Of a stretch of 64,000 nt of DNA, positions 1 through 15,425 are shown one piece after another; the first letter of the stretch is position 1; each line of letters starts with the position of its first letter. The stretch spans positions 4,340,001-4,404,000 of the forward strand of contig NC_043004.1 of assembly GCF_006345805.1 (NCBI RefSeq), given 5' to 3'. The translations under genes were made by a program, and so were the position numbers. The notes under the pieces were generated by a model. The model was not told where the DNA came from. It was given only the letters and a program-made list of their open reading frames with translations, and ran no database searches. Origin of the DNA: Octopus sinensis (Eukaryota).

Positions 1-249
1 ATTAGCTACCCGTCCACCTTGTCTGTTCCTCTATCCTTATTCTCTCTCTCTCATGCACTTTGTACCTTGAGGGTTTGCTCTCACCATCTCTCTTTCCAGC
101 ACAAGAAGCCATAAGACACCTGTTCCTGTCCCTCTATCATACTGTCACATTCTTCAATGTCAAACTCCATTCAGTTTAGGGGTCTAATATTTTTTTTATT
201 TGCCCATTTTGGCTTCCCCACTTCTTTGTGTGTTGCAGAAGCATGAATG

Positions 250-760
250 GTTTTGATTCCATTCACTATTATCCTGGATATCTCAAGTATAAAAATTAGA
301 AATAGAATAAAGAAATTCCTGCATAAGGAACAGTTGTTAGATGTAGATTCCTTTGAAAATGTTTAGACTCTGAAGGGAATTATGATCAAAGACGCTCTAT
401 TTATAATCATATGAAGTATTTTTCTGAGTCTATCTAGGATTAGATTATCTAATATATGTCTTTCCTTGAAATAACTGGATATGATTGGAATGAAATTTGT
501 CTGGTACAGAGGATCCTTTCATTGACTGAGAGTAATTACATGCACTGGTGTCAACTGACAATAACCTTACTCCCTCTTCACATGCTTGAGGAATCAATCC
601 CTGAACCATGTTTCTGCTATAGTGGGAATAGGTTAGCATCATTGCTGCTAGATTCTTGGTAAGGCAGTAATGGAGAAATGTGTAGAAAAAAAAGATGCAG
701 CTAATTCTGTCCTTAGTTTGCCTGCAATCGTTATTCTTGAGCTGTATATGCAACTATTTT
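250..760 (-). mobile_element. Highly degenerate LINE RT remnant
   Basis: VDTSACNYSQSMKGSSVPDKF loosely resembles GDxSxCxNYRGISLLSVPGK. Confidence 0.35.
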
Positions 761-1343
761 TATGCTAAGGAGCCCAGGTTGAAGGTAACATTAGATACAA
801 GGGCTCAGGTTTGAGATGGTTATTTAAAAAGTTGGAAATCATCCTAATGCATTTGATATTGGCCCATCTGAGAGTACCTCTGCTCTCAGATACATACTTG
901 TTTTAAAATGATTTAAATTAAAACCTTCAATCGAAATGCTATTTTAACCCTGTCATGCCATGTTACCACTAAGGCATGAATAGGGTAAATGTCATCACTG
1001 CTGGATTCCTGGTAAAGCGGTAATGCAGAGACATGGGCTCAAATCTGAGGGTTAAATTTAAAAGGTAGTTGGAAGAGAGGAAATAATATTTTTACACTAT
1101 AAAGTGGTTGGCATTAGGAGAGGCAGCCAGCTGTAGAAGCTATGCCAAAGCAGACACTGGAGTGCAATGCAGTCCTTGGACCCATAGGATCCTGTGAAAC
1201 CTATGCCAACATTAAATTATGATGATGTTGCTTCAAACAGAAGATTCACAAAGATTTTTTTTTTTTTGTTTTTAAACCTCAATTGAAAATTTTGTGAAAC
1301 ATTCTCTCTGAGTATCAACACTTGAACTAAACCAGAGACTTAC

Positions 1344-1493
1344 TGTTCGGTCAAGACATATAGAACATTCTGAATAGAGTCCACGAGCTGTAACAATTGG
1401 TTGGGTACTAGATGTCGGGTTCTCTACAGATGATGATGGCTCGATAGCAGGAGCACTGGGCAGAGGTCGTACTGCTTCACCCGTGCAAACGTC
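1344..1493 (-). CDS. LRSAM1: LRSAM1 coding exon 22 (PSAP motif and start of RING)
   Basis: DVCTGEAVRPLPSAPAIEPSSSVENPTSSTQPIVTARGLYSECSICLDRT; tattttcag| ... |GTAAGT; 150 nt. Confidence 0.92.
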
Positions 1494-4400
1494 CTGAAAA
1501 TAGAAAATAAATGTTTTAAATGTTGCCAGTAAGCAAGCGGTATCTATCTATTTCAAAGGGCAATTCAGAAGTTGTTATAGCTGATCAAATCAAGTGTTAT
1601 TCACATTACAATTTAGCATTCCATCAAACAAAAATTATTCACATTGAAAAAAGAAAAATAAACCTAGAATAAGGGAAAACTGAAACATGTCCAAAAGCTG
1701 TTAATGTGTTGGATTAAGTTTCCCCCACTTCACTGTGTGCTTATTTCCAATTTTGCTCTTGCTTTGATTACTGTTTTCTCCATCACACTAGTGTTTTATT
1801 CACCCAGCAGGTCATGCTTATTTTGAACAAACAGGCAATGCAGAGTAGAGAAGACTCTTTAGTCTTGCAGAAGACAAGTTAAATTCACCAGTGCTGGTGC
1901 TACAAAATGCACTCAACACTCTGTGAATGGTGTCCAGCCATAGAAACCACGTCAAAATGGAATATCCAAGTAAGACATGTTTGCCTGATATGTCTATGAG
2001 GACAGTAACTCCACAAAGAACTGACTTAAGATTGTGATGACTCCTGCAACCAGTACCAGCACTGGGAAACAGACATAAGATTGTGTTGATGATTTCAGTA
2101 TAAGTCAACATTCAGCCTATCTTGGTTTCTATTTTTTTTTAAATACACCCAGATATATCAGTTATTTTAAGTTTGAATTTTAAACCAAAAGCAAAGATGC
2201 TTAGTATGTACATATCTATTTTTTTCTTTCTTACTCATTACAAAAACCTTGGAGTTATCCACCCCTGCATCTGCTGAATAGATTCAAACATGGAACCACT
2301 GTATATTTTGATTCACAGTCTTATATCAAAACATTGTGAATGAGAGATGTGAACTGCTACAATCAGTCAATAAGGTGTCTCATTTGAAATGACAGGGTCA
2401 GTGCATAAGAAGTTGTGGAAAAGGAATTAAAACAATGATAAATGATATAGTATTTATGCAACATCACCTTCTCTCCATGCTAGCTTGTTATGCATCCGTA
2501 TAAATCTATTATAAACTATGTTCTAAATACAAGAGTAAAATACTATTAACATACAATGCTAGAATTCTATTCCATAAATAAGCTTATAGATGTTTATTCC
2601 CAAGTCAAGCCTCATTAAATTGACCTAAGATTAAATACCACCCAGCTCTGTATCTAAGAGTACACTGTTTTTTCACTTTTAAGATAACAGGAGGAAACTA
2701 GGCTACCATTTCAGCAAATCAAATGACTATATAGTCTCATTCATTGGTTTGTAAGTTGTGAGCAGACACTGTAGGTGTAACACAAGCATTGATGACTTGC
2801 AAGCAACAGTTGTACAAATTTGTAGACGTTCTTGGTTTCACTTTCTAACAAATCTAGAGATGATGTAGAGACACTTTCATGGGCTCGACCATGTAGACAC
2901 CCGATGAAAGACCATTGAACCACGACTACCCTAATCAAAACTACATTGTCCTACATGTGGTTGGGCACTGTTGGTTATGACAACAGAACAGCCTGCTCAT
3001 GCAAGTGACTGAGCACGTCACATATACGTATACCCTTAATGTAGTTCTCAGGGAAATTCAGCATGACAAGGCCCACTGAACTACAGATACAACTCATTTT
3101 TGCCAGCTGAGTGGACTGGAACAACATAAAATGATTGTCTTGTTCAAGAACACAATGTACCACTGGGAATTGAATCTATGACCTTACAATCTTGAGCTGG
3201 ATGCACAAACCACAATATATACTTTCTTCATTAAGACAGAACAGTATGACATGAGGGATATATGGTTGCTATTTCAATCAAATTGAGTGACCATGTAGAG
3301 GATTCTGAGGTTATCAGGTTCATTAATGTTAAAATAAAGATAGAAAATAAAAAAAAGGAGTGATATTATGGATTTATAAAAGAATGGTGATATGAGGAGG
3401 AATATCTGGTAAAAGGGCAACACTGCTGAGATATCAAACAATTAACAAACAAATTGTGTGTGGCAGGGAAGAGTGAGAAAATCTACTTTAAATTAAAAAT
3501 TAAGGTGCCATATAAAAGCGCCTGTATGGCACCTTCTAAAAGCACTCAGCACACTCAGTAAAGTGGTTGGCATTAGGAAGGACATCCAGCTGTAGAAATC
3601 ATGCCAAATCAGACTGGAGTATGGTGCAGCCACCCACCTTGCCAGCTCTGGTCAAACTGTACAACCCATGCCAGCATGGACAACGGACGTTAAATAACTA
3701 TGAAGATGATAATGATCTTATACTTCACTTGGTCAGTCCTTTATATGGTTATTCAATTTGCTAGAAATAGCAGCTATATATCCTACAGTCATAATGTACA
3801 TATTGAACACTGTAGTTTTTGGGTATATAAAAGGCAGGATGGTCATGGTTGAAATGTCTATGATCATATAGATATGAACACATGTCTAAATGATTATGGT
3901 CAATCTGAAGTTAACATATATAAGGTCAAATCAAAGACAGAATCTCTACATAGTCCCTTGACTTGTTAGAAACAGGGCCAAGAACATCTACCATGTTTTC
4001 CAGCATACAAATTGAATTTTTCAGGCCAAAATTTACAGCTAAAAAAGGCAGGGAAACTTACCACTAAAATGACTCTGGAGGGTTAGAAATTCCATGTGAA
4101 ATGCAGTAGGATTTGGATAGATAGTGACAATGTTTGCATGTTTACACTACATGTTTTACACTGTGCACTAGGTTCACTTGTATGTTGGCAAACACAGCAT
4201 AAACTTGTAAAAGAAACTTCATCAAAGTATGGAAAATCTCCAACTTCAACAAACTGTCCTGAAGTCATGTGATCAGGAAATAAGAAAGAAATTATAAAAT
4301 ATGTCAAATTAGAACTTACTGGTGGAAGCATGTCGACTTTTTTTGTTGATTGGTGTTCCTGCAGACGTACCATGATAGCACGCCGTACACCCAATTCATG

Positions 4401-7400
4401 AACACCCATCTGTTGAAAGAAATAATCAAAAGTGTTTATATTTTGTTTACAAAATCCTTGTTGTAAACTTGTATGTTGAAACAAATTTTGTTGCATATTG
4501 GGAGGGTCATTATGCCAATGATAAACAAATGCACTGGTTCTGTTTCACTTCTTTTCAGGTCTGAAACAGACCTAGAGTAGAGAGGACGATGAAAGGATTT
4601 TGACAAAGCTAGCTAATTGATTGACCAAATGATTAGTTGATAAGTTAATTGGTTAAATGATTAACTAATTGACTAATAATAATAATAATGATCCTTTCTA
4701 CTAAAGGCACAACACCTGAAATATGTAGGGAGGGGAATAATTGGTTACATCAACCCCAGTGTTTCACTGGTCCTTAGTTCACCAACCCTGAAAGGCAAAG
4801 TTGACCTCAGTGGGATTTGAACACTGAATGTAAAGATGGACAAAATGCCACTAAGCATTTTATCCAGTGTGCTAATGATTCTGCTAGCTCACTCCCTTAA
4901 GAATAATAATAAAAGAAGTAAAATAGAACCAGTAAATTTGTTTCTTATTGACATAGTGATCTTCCCAAGATACAAAAAAGAAAAAAACATAACCAGCCAA
5001 TTCTAGTTTAAGAGAGATTGATGATTCAACACTAAATGTGATGAGGTTTACATGAAAATGTTGTGGAATGACTATATCGATATAAATATGTACCAACCTG
5101 TTTCAGATCATCTTCTGTCATATTGCAAAGAGTCTCAGAAGTGATACGATGGCGTGAAAACAATGGTATGTAATCCTGAGCACCCGCTTGTTCTAGAATC
5201 TTAAGCACAGGAATTTCTAGCAACCATTCCTAGAAAACCAAATTTTTTAGTGTTAATTTTTTCAAATAAATAACTGTTGGTAACATTTTATAATTTGTAT
5301 TTTGTATAATAAATCTGACCTTATTTTTGATGAATTTAAAAGAAATTAATTAAAAAAAAAAGTAGAAGAATTGGAACAAGCCATCTTCAAACGAATCCTA
5401 CAAAACATGTAAACATCAATATTAAAAAGCAACAAGAATTTGTTTAAATATATTACAACAGATACATTATTGGATAATTTCAAAATTTAAAACACAAATA
5501 TTGCAACGACTGAAGCTGTTGATTTGACTAAAAATTGCAGTGGAAAAGGAAATCTAAGACACCATTGCTTATATAAAGAACCGTTTGGTGCAGAGAATAT
5601 CCACCCAGACTTCACACACACTTACTTGGTCAATTAGTGCTTGTGGTTTACGGTCCATCAAGCGTTGGTACTGCACCAACCAATAATCCGTTTGGTCTTG
5701 CAGCCGTTGCTCTTCCATTTCAATCTAGAAATGAAAAACATAAATAAAAGAGAAAAAAAAACAAGCCAACAAACAAACAAAACAACACAAGAAACTTCAG
5801 GGATTTTTCTGAAGTGTTACATTTGGAAAATTAGTTCAAAGGTCATGAGACATAGATCAATTCAAGTATTCGAAATCTAAACAATGTCAAGAACAGGAAT
5901 TTCTCAATATATATCTCTGATGACTGACTCAGTTTCTGTCCATGCGTCAGGAACAGGATAATCATTTGTTTGTGCCATATACAAGTGTGATTAAATTATT
6001 AGACCTTTTGTGATCACTCTCTTCTAAAATGTGAGTAGTCATGTAGCTCCTTTACAACAAGAAACCTGCTCACCTCTAGCCCTTTCTCTCATACTTTTAC
6101 CCATCTTTTAACTGAGCATAAAGTTACCCCCACAGGGTTTTATTCTTGCATACTGCATAATGGCCTCATTAGTGCTGGTGGCACAAAAATAGCGCTCAGT
6201 ACATGCTGTAAAGTGGTTGGTGTTATGAAGGTCATCCAATCATAGAAACCGGCCAAAGTAGACAATGGAGCATGATGCAGTCCTTGGGCCCATCAGATCT
6301 TATCAAACTGTCCATCCCGTGCAGGCAGGAAACTTGGACATTAAATGATGATGAAGTATTTAAGGTAATGTTCTTATGGATGAGATAATAAAAAAAAAAA
6401 AAGGGAGATGTGGTTTTTATGCCTTTCGCAAAAACATTAATAACATCAATATTAATTATGACTGGAACATGGTCTGCAACTTTACAGTTCCTCTGCTGTC
6501 ATATATGAGGGTTTGATAGATTGTTTACTTCTCGCAGAAATTAAACTTAATGTTTTGAGATCTTGGCTTTCATGTGTGAGAGAAAAAAAGGAGAGACAAC
6601 AGTATTGTCACTTGTAGTGTGAGCAACAGACAGCACTCTTTCTTTCTTCTTTACTTAGATGAAGGGAAGACCAAAAACATTAAATTCAACACTTAATCAT
6701 CATCACCATCATCATTTAACATCCGTTTTCCTTGCTGGCATGAGTTGGACAGTTTGACAAGAGCTGTCCAGGCTCAAGCTGTCTGTTTTGGCATGTTTTT
6801 TACAGCTGGATGCCCTTCCTAATGCCAAACACTTTACAGAGTGTGCTGGGTGCATTTTATAAGGAACTTCCACTGGTGCATTTTATGTTGTACTGGCATG
6901 AGTGTATGGCCATAAAAGGACATGCCTGTATGTATGGATGGCCATGATTTTACTTAGCTTGATGTGCCTTCTCTACACTTCTCAGAGAGTAGGAACTTAT
7001 CAGACTCCTATACTGACCAATACCAAATTCTTAAGGTTTCTAAATTTTACTTTATTATATAACTCAGATTATTTGCAAGAATAATTGTGACCCAAGTGTC
7101 ACAAAAGCTGAGTGGTTCCCAATCACTAGAGCAGTAGTTTTTCAAACACTGGTGCATTTCAGATAATAACTAGCTGTGCAACATATAATTTAAAGCTTTG
7201 GAAAATCCATACTTGAATATTTCGAAAAACATTGCTATTCATGATTCTGTTATACACAAATATGACCAGTATAACAAGGTAAGTATTGGTTTTCTATACT
7301 CTTTTACTCTTCTACTTGTTTCAGTCATTTGACTGCGACCATGCTGGAGCACCACCTTTAGTCGAACAAATCAAGCCCAGGATTTATTCTTTGTAAGCCT

Positions 7401-10400
7401 AGTACTTATTCTATCGGTCTCTTTTGCCGAACCGCTAAATTACAGGGATGTAAACACACCAGCATCGGTTGTCAAGCAATGTTGGAGGGACAAACACAAA
7501 TATACATACACACACATATATATGTGTGTATATATATATATATATACACACATATATACGACAGGCTTCTTTCAGTTTCCGTCTACAAAATCTACTCACA
7601 AGGCTATAGTAGAAGACACTTGCCCAAGGTTCCACGCAATGGGACTGAACCCGGAACTATGAGGTTCATAAGCAAGCTACTTACCACACAGCCACTGTTA
7701 TGCCTATATATATATTTTTCTTAAATTGCTAACTTTAAAACATAGGTACAGTGCAACTGTGTGGTTAAAGAGTTTGCTTTCCAAATACATGGTTCTGGGT
7801 TCAGTCCTACCGTGTGTCACCTTGGGGTACATATCTTCTACTATAGTCCTGGATCAACCAAAGATTTGCGAGTGGATTTGGTAGATGGAAACAGAAAGAA
7901 GCTTGTCATACAGCTGTATGTGCGTGCAAGTGTGAGAGTGTTTGTCTCCTTATCTTGACATTGTGTGATTGATGTGAGTGAATATCATACATACCTAATA
8001 TTCTATGAAAACATGTCTGGTCATAGGGAAATGTTACCTTACATGGAAACAGGTAAGGGTTGGCAACTGGGTGGGCATCCAACTTTAGAGAATCTGCCTC
8101 AATAAGTTCACTCTGACTCATTGCAAGTGGAGAAAAGTGGACATTAAAATGATGAAAAAAAAAACCTTTGATACATAGATTTTCTTTTTACCTTTACTAT
8201 GAAGTGAACCAATAATTTTTTGTTTGATCTTCAATGTGTTAAAAAGTTGAAATGATTGAGAATCACTGAGTATTAAGCTCAAAACTTGTCATAAATATTC
8301 TTTCACAACCTCACTGCCATAAATAATCTTTCAGTACCTCACTGTATTTTCCTTAAAATTTGTCATCACCCCTAAAGTAGTATTCTACTTTATGTAATGA
8401 TTTTCCCTGATATTTTCTGGCTTAAAAAGGATCTAACAATCTACAGCACTGAGATGCTATACTAAAATTACAAATTATGGTTTTGAACAGCTGAAGTACC
8501 ACCAGGAGTAAAATTGTTACCAACCAAACCGATGGAAGAAGCCTGTATGAGGCTAACCAACATGGTAAAAACAGCAGTTAAGTGTTTCTGAAATGAAACC
8601 TTACCATCTCAGAAAAGAACACATTAGATAATATAGTCCTTGGTGCACACTGCAGATGAAAAAAAAACAATACATGATTGTCACAGCTAGACTGACCTGA
8701 TATTAAACAAGAGTAACCTAATGAATGTTGTAGCTGTGTTAACAGTAATAACTGATACGGTCAATAACAGAGAAGTGTCACTTTAGTAGCACAAATACAG
8801 AGTAAAGAGTCACATGTGAAATATTATGGAAGTCATTGAAAAGCACTAAGTAAGCAGAGCAACAAGAAAATGACCAAACAACACCAAGTGGCCAGAAGAA
8901 AGAAAGAGTAGTTAACTCACAAGCCTCATCTTCAGTTGTTCCTCTCGCTTGTCTCGCTCAGCAATGAGCTGCATTAACATACCAGTTAGAGCTATCCTCT
9001 TGTCAGCCAGAATATTCTGTAAGAGAGAGAAAGATAGATGAAAACAGATCAGAGCAGATTATGAAGAAATGTTTCAAAGATCAACTGATACAGACATTTA
9101 TGAATGCTTCAACTGGACTTACTTCTACATTCTCTGTTGTTAGGAATTCTATGGCATTAGCAAGGGTATCTAACCATAGAAACCATCCTGCAGCTCATCA
9201 GATACTGTTAAACCACCCAACCCATGCAAGCATAGAAAACATATGTTAAATGATAGTGGTGATGATGATGATGATGAATTTGGACATGAAGGCCTATATA
9301 GTGCCAATCAGTAAGGATGCTAGTGTTAAACAGATGGTAATATGGCTTCTATTGTACTGCTAGTCATATCACTGCACATATACCAGTGGCACATAAAAGG
9401 CACCATTCGAGTGTGATCATTACCAGCGTCGCCTAACTGGCACTTGTGCCCCGTGCTAGCAGGGTGCTAAGAGTACCATCCGAGCATGATCGTTAACAGA
9501 GCGGCTAAGTGGCTTCCGTGCCGGTGGCACGTAAAAGGCACCATTCGAGCGTGATCGTTACCAGCGTCGCCTTACTGGCACCTGTGCCGGTGGCATGTGT
9601 AAAAAGATTCGAGCAAGGTCGTTGCCAGTACAGCCTGACTGGTCCCCATGCCAGTGACACATAAAAAGCACCCACTACACTCTCAGAGTGGTTGGTGTTA
9701 GGAAGGGCATCCAGCTGTAGAAACTCTGCCAGATCAAGATTGGAGCCTGGTGCAGCCATCTGGTTCGCCAGCCCTCAGTCAAATTGTCCAACCCATGCTA
9801 TCATGGAAAGCAGACATTAAATGATGATGATGATGATGATGATGACCAACTGAGATTATGGATACCATCCAACCATCTTGCTCTTGGTCTACACCTAGGT
9901 CTCCAGCTAGTTGACTTGGCTTCAAAAATCCATTTTGCTATCCTTTCCTGGTGCATTCTAACCACGTGTCCATAATACCAAAGCTGTGACTTCTCAATGC
10001 AGAGAAGTAGCAGTTCAACCAGGAGAGACACCCTGATCTTTGACACACCCTGTCAAGTAACATTAGTTCAGAGATTCTTTGGTGGAACCCCATTTTGGCA
10101 GTTTGAATTCAGGATTGCACTCTTTTGGTTGTTACCCAACATTCATGACCACAGGTGAAGATAAAATGATGCTGCTATTTTGCTCAGCTTAAAATAAAGA
10201 AAGAGAATGTTTTCTTTTACCTTTTCCATGTCTATTCGTAATTCTTTCCTCTCAATTTCAATTGCCGTCAACTGAGCCAATTCTTTCTCAATCAGAGAAA
10301 TCTGCGAGGAAACTCGACTATGACGCGAGTCTTTTTGCATAAGCAGAGCTTCAAAAGCTGCTTTCTGGAGTTCTTCCTGATAATAAAATTTTTTAAAAAA

Positions 10401-12718
10401 TTATTATTTCTCTGCACATGAAATATTAGCATGTGATTCTTTTATCTTATAAGTATGTAAATGCTATTTCATATAAAGCTTAACCCTTTCGTTACCAATC
10501 CGGCTGAAACCGGCTCTGGCCCTGAGTACAAACATCTTGTTTTCATTAGTTTTGAATTAAAATCTTCCACCAAATCTTGGTCACAATTTATGTTCCTAAC
10601 ACTAGCTCAATGATAACTATGTTATTTTACTAATTTCTTTGTTATATTTAAAGTAATTGAAAGAAACACAGAGCATCTCAAAATAAATACAGTAATGAAA
10701 GGGTTAATAATTCAGGTACTAGACTTTTAAACATTCAAAATGCATTGTAGCTGCTGAGTCAAGACTTCTGACAAAATGGTTAGGAGTTCAGATATCACAT
10801 CTATTTTTTGTACCCCAAAATACGATGTAAAATTTTGCTTGTATTAGTTTATACACCTGATAAGTGAGTTGTTATTTTTACAGCTGACTGATTAGCAGTT
10901 GAATGTTTATTCAGCTGTAAACACAACTGTTCTCATATGAATTTACACCAAACTCAATCTATCTTTGCAAGCATGGAAGGTAAATAAAAATAAAAAAAAA
11001 CAGTGGAAACCCCATCATGGCACCAACAAAGACCCAAATATACATGCAGACAAACATGTACATAAGTAGACATTTGAGAAACTATCAAAGGTAATATGAG
11101 GACTATCAGATGAAATGCTCATAACCATGTTGTTGGAAACCATTTAATGAGGAATAGCCATTTCAGTGACTGTGAATACATAATATTATTCACATTCGCC
11201 TTTAAAAATTAGGGAGTCTCTATTAAAAACCCAAGAATTATATTGACCCTGAAAAACAAAAAAAAACATCATATTTGAAGTCCAATTTTCCCTTACTTCA
11301 GATGTATTGTAAAACCTACATTATTTAACAGTATATTTATTCAAATTCAAAAGGCCCTTCAGTTGATCAGTAAACTATCTCAAAACTAACCCTACTTCTT
11401 GGAAATCTAGGTACATTTTAATCCTAATTAAAAAATAAAAAAGAGTTTCTCATCATTTCTCATATGTCTGACACAGCATAATTCAATTCCAGAAATCTTT
11501 CCTGAACTTACTCCTGTCAATACCCATTTGAAACTCAAGATAAGGGTTGGATGCTAACCTCCAGAGAAAAAATTCCCCATTCATAAATACTATTGTGAAG
11601 CATCCCCTCCCTATCTACATTTACTTGAAACATTATTTTGACCTCAGCCCCTACAAATCCAAGATGACCGTATCAAGTTAAGGATCAAGTGGTTATTTCG
11701 AAGACATCTCCAGAATCAGAGACAAAAAAAGTGTTTTATATACTAGATCATGAGACTGGCTAATAAAGAGTTGTCAGAAGAAATACCACAACAAACCTGC
11801 TGAGTAAGAACTTTGAACATTTCATCCTGTTCTGCCGACTTTGATTGCAAGATATCATTCAACACAGTGGAATTCATCTCTCTGGGGATAAAAAAAAAAA
11901 AAAACAAGAATAAATCTTTATTGAAACACAGCAACATAAGAGAATTGGCAGTGAATGATGGGTTGACTTCACAGGCAGTGAACATTGTAACAGGTATAAA
12001 CAATGAATAGCCACAGCTTTTCTAGTTCAGTCAGGGCTGAGAATACACAACATTCAAAATTAAATGAAAGGTAAAATTCAGGAATATTTACTTTTCTAGT
12101 GCATTTCTGGCAGCATGTTTCTTATCAGCATCGTGTTTCCTTCGACAAGTCTCCAAGAAGGCAGAACTATTCAATATTTCTTCCATGCGGTCTTTAAAGG
12201 AAAACAAAACAGTATCATCCTCATCATATATATATATAATCATCATAATCATTTAATGTCTGCTTGCCATGACCCGGCAGAAGACTGCACTAAAGTTCTG
12301 TGCCTGTTTTGGTATGGTTTTTATGATTGGATGCCTTTCCTAACACCAACCACTCCACAGAGTGTGCTGAGTGCTTTTTACGTGGCACCAGCATAGGTGA
12401 AGTCAGTTTAGGCATGGTTTTTACAGCTAGATGCCCGTCTAAGTGCCAACCACTTTACAATGTGGACTGAATGCTTTTTACGTGACATATTTGGAAGAGC
12501 GTCCAGCTGTAAAAACCTTGCCAAAACTGACCTCGCCTGTGCTTGTGCCACATAAAAAGCACTCTGCTGAGTGGTTGGTGTTAGGAAGGGCGTCCAACTG
12601 TAAAAATCCTGCCATAACAATCACAGAAATCTGGTGCAGGCTTCAGCATGGCCAGCTCTTGTGGTATTGTCCCACCCATGCTAGTATAGAACACGGACAT
12701 ATGATGATGATAATATAT

Positions 12719-12752
<34 letters not shown>

Positions 12753-13131
12753 CATATGTGTGTATGTGTGTGTGTAATGGATATATATATATATATATAC
12801 ATATATATTACAAGAAGCTGAGACAAGGTGCAGGCATGGCTGAGTGGCTTAAAAGTTTGTTTCCTAATCATGTTGTATTGGGTTCAGTCCCACTTCATAA
12901 GCAAGTGCCTTCTACTATAATACTGAATAGTGCGTGTGAGTGCGTATATGTTTATGTCTGTCTGTCTTGACATGGCATGACAGTTGTAAATGAGTGTCAC
13001 TGTCATACAAGCAGTGTCATTTGTTTTCAAAATTATGCCAAAGCATATCTATCTATGGAGAAATATTACCTTGCATGGAAACAGGTGAGTGCTGACAATA
13101 TGAAGGTTATAAAAATTCTGCCTCAATAAAT

Positions 13132-13202
<71 letters not shown>

Positions 13203-15380
13203 TCATCATCATCATTGTTTAATGTCCACCTTCCATGCATGCATGGGGGGGGTAGGATGGTTCACAGGAGCTGGCCAGGTAGAAAAGCTACACCAAGCTA
13301 CGGTGTCTGTTTTGGCAGGGTTTTTACAGTGGATGCCCTTCCTAACACCAACCACTCTGCAAAATGGACACAGTGCTTGTTACATGGCACTAGCACAGAC
13401 AAGGCTAATTTTGACATGGCTTTTACAGCTGGATGCCCTTCCAAATGTCAACCACTTCACAGTGTCAACTGGGTGCTTTTTACACACACACATACAGAGT
13501 CAAAAGGTGAGCGCTAGAGATGCTAAATACAGAAAACATGTGCTGGTGCTCAAATGATTTGAACTTAAACTCTGAAGTTATAGAGGACTAGGTCCAAAGG
13601 GTAAAGAGTGGTTATAAGAGAAACCCAGGTGAGCTGATAACGGAGATAGTGATGTAGATAAACACAATAAGGCTTGATATATATAAATATACATACATAT
13701 ACTCATATATAGGGATATATATATATATACATAGATACAAAAACTAAATATATTCAGAAGATAAACACATATGTACAAGCATCATCATCTTCCTTTAGCA
13801 TCCATTTGTCCATGCTGACATGGGTTGGACGGTTTGACCAGGGCTGGCAAGCTGAGGGGCTGCACCAGACTCCTGTCTGACTTGGCATGGTTTCTACAGC
13901 TGGATGCCCTTCCTAATGCCAACCATTCCGAGAGTGTAATGGGTGCTTTTACGTGCCACCGGCATGGGTGCCAGTTGTGTGATACCAGTATCTGCCACGA
14001 GTACGATTTCACTTGGTTTGATGGGTCTTCTTTCTCAAGCACAGCGTATTGCCAAAGGTCTCGGTCGTTTGTCATTGTCTCTGTGAGGCCCAGTGCTTGA
14101 AAGGGGCTTTTTACGTACCACTGGCATGAGTGCTAGTTACACGGCACTGGCATCGACATTGACAAATATATCTGATTTTAAATCGAGTATAAAAAATATA
14201 AGAAACTACAGAGAGAATGCATAGTTTTTTTAACAGTATTGCTAGAATAAGAATGGGCTGGGAAAAGTTCAGAAAGATTCTATATTTGTTGGTAACAAAG
14301 GGCCTCTCTCTCAGAGACTGTGTATGAATAGCTATTCTACATGGCAGTGAAACATGGGCTGTGACTGCAGAGAACATGTCATGGCTTAAAAGAAACAGAA
14401 CTGATATACTCCGCTGGATGTGCAATGTCAGTGTGAAGGTATGACAGAGTGCAAGTGCTTTAACAGAGAAAGATTGGGCATAAGTGACATCAGATGTGGC
14501 ATGCAAGAGAGATGACTATGCTGGTATGGTCATGTGATACGTATGAGTGAAAACAAGGACAACTGCGTAAAAAAAGTGCCAATCTCTAACTTTGAAGGGA
14601 ACCTGTTGAAGAGGTAGATCAAGGAAGACGTGGAATGAGGTTGAGAAATAGGACCTTCAGATGTTGAGTCTCACAGAGGTGATGACAAGTGACTGAGATT
14701 ATTGGCAAATTGCTGTACTTGAGAAGACATATCAAGTTAAGTGAAACCATAGTTGTGGCCATTGCCTGTGACACTTGAAAGGCATCCGTGCCGGTGACAC
14801 AAAAAGGCACCCATGCTGGTGACACACAAAAGGCACCCATGTCGGTGACACACAAAAGGCACCCATGCCGGTGACACATTGAAGACACCAGTGCTTTTGA
14901 CATGCAAATGACACCTAGTACACTCTATGGAGTGGTTGGCATTAGGAAGGGCATCCAGTCATAGAAACCAAGCCAAAACAGACTGGAGCCAGATACAGCT
15001 TACCAGTTCCAGTCAAACCATCTTATCCATGCCAGTTGGAAAATAGATGCTGAATGATGACAATGATGATGATGTGTATAGATGTGTATATGTATGTGCA
15101 TGTGTATGTATATTTATGCATTTGTGTGTATTTATGCACATGTGTGTGGGGATGAGTGGATGTATGTTTGTGTTTCTTTGCAAGTACCTGATCTCATTAG
15201 TGCTGGTGCTATAAAAAAAAAGCCCCCAGTACTCTCTGTAAAATAGTTAGCATGAGGAAGGGCATCTAGCAGTAGAAACCATGCCAAAATAGACACTGGA
15301 GCTTGCTGCATCCCTCTGCCTTGTTTCCTGTTGAATTGGCCAACCTATGCCAGCAAAGGAAAAAGGGATGCTAAATGATG

Positions 15381-15425
<45 letters not shown>

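Noticed and set aside
1-1343. Final RING exon (CGH..C..C...CP.C) of LRSAM1
   Set aside because: Not found on the minus strand; presumably lies left of the window
2741-2938. 65-aa minus-strand ORF as a possible extra LRSAM1 exon
   Set aside because: No similarity to LRSAM1, exons 21 and 22 already join in frame, and it abuts a SINE tail
9383-9660. Regularly spaced ~60-bp repeats (also 28900-29130, 31940-32070) resembling a CRISPR array
   Set aside because: Degenerate tandem units of an RTE 3' UTR with no unique spacers and no cas genes; eukaryotic context
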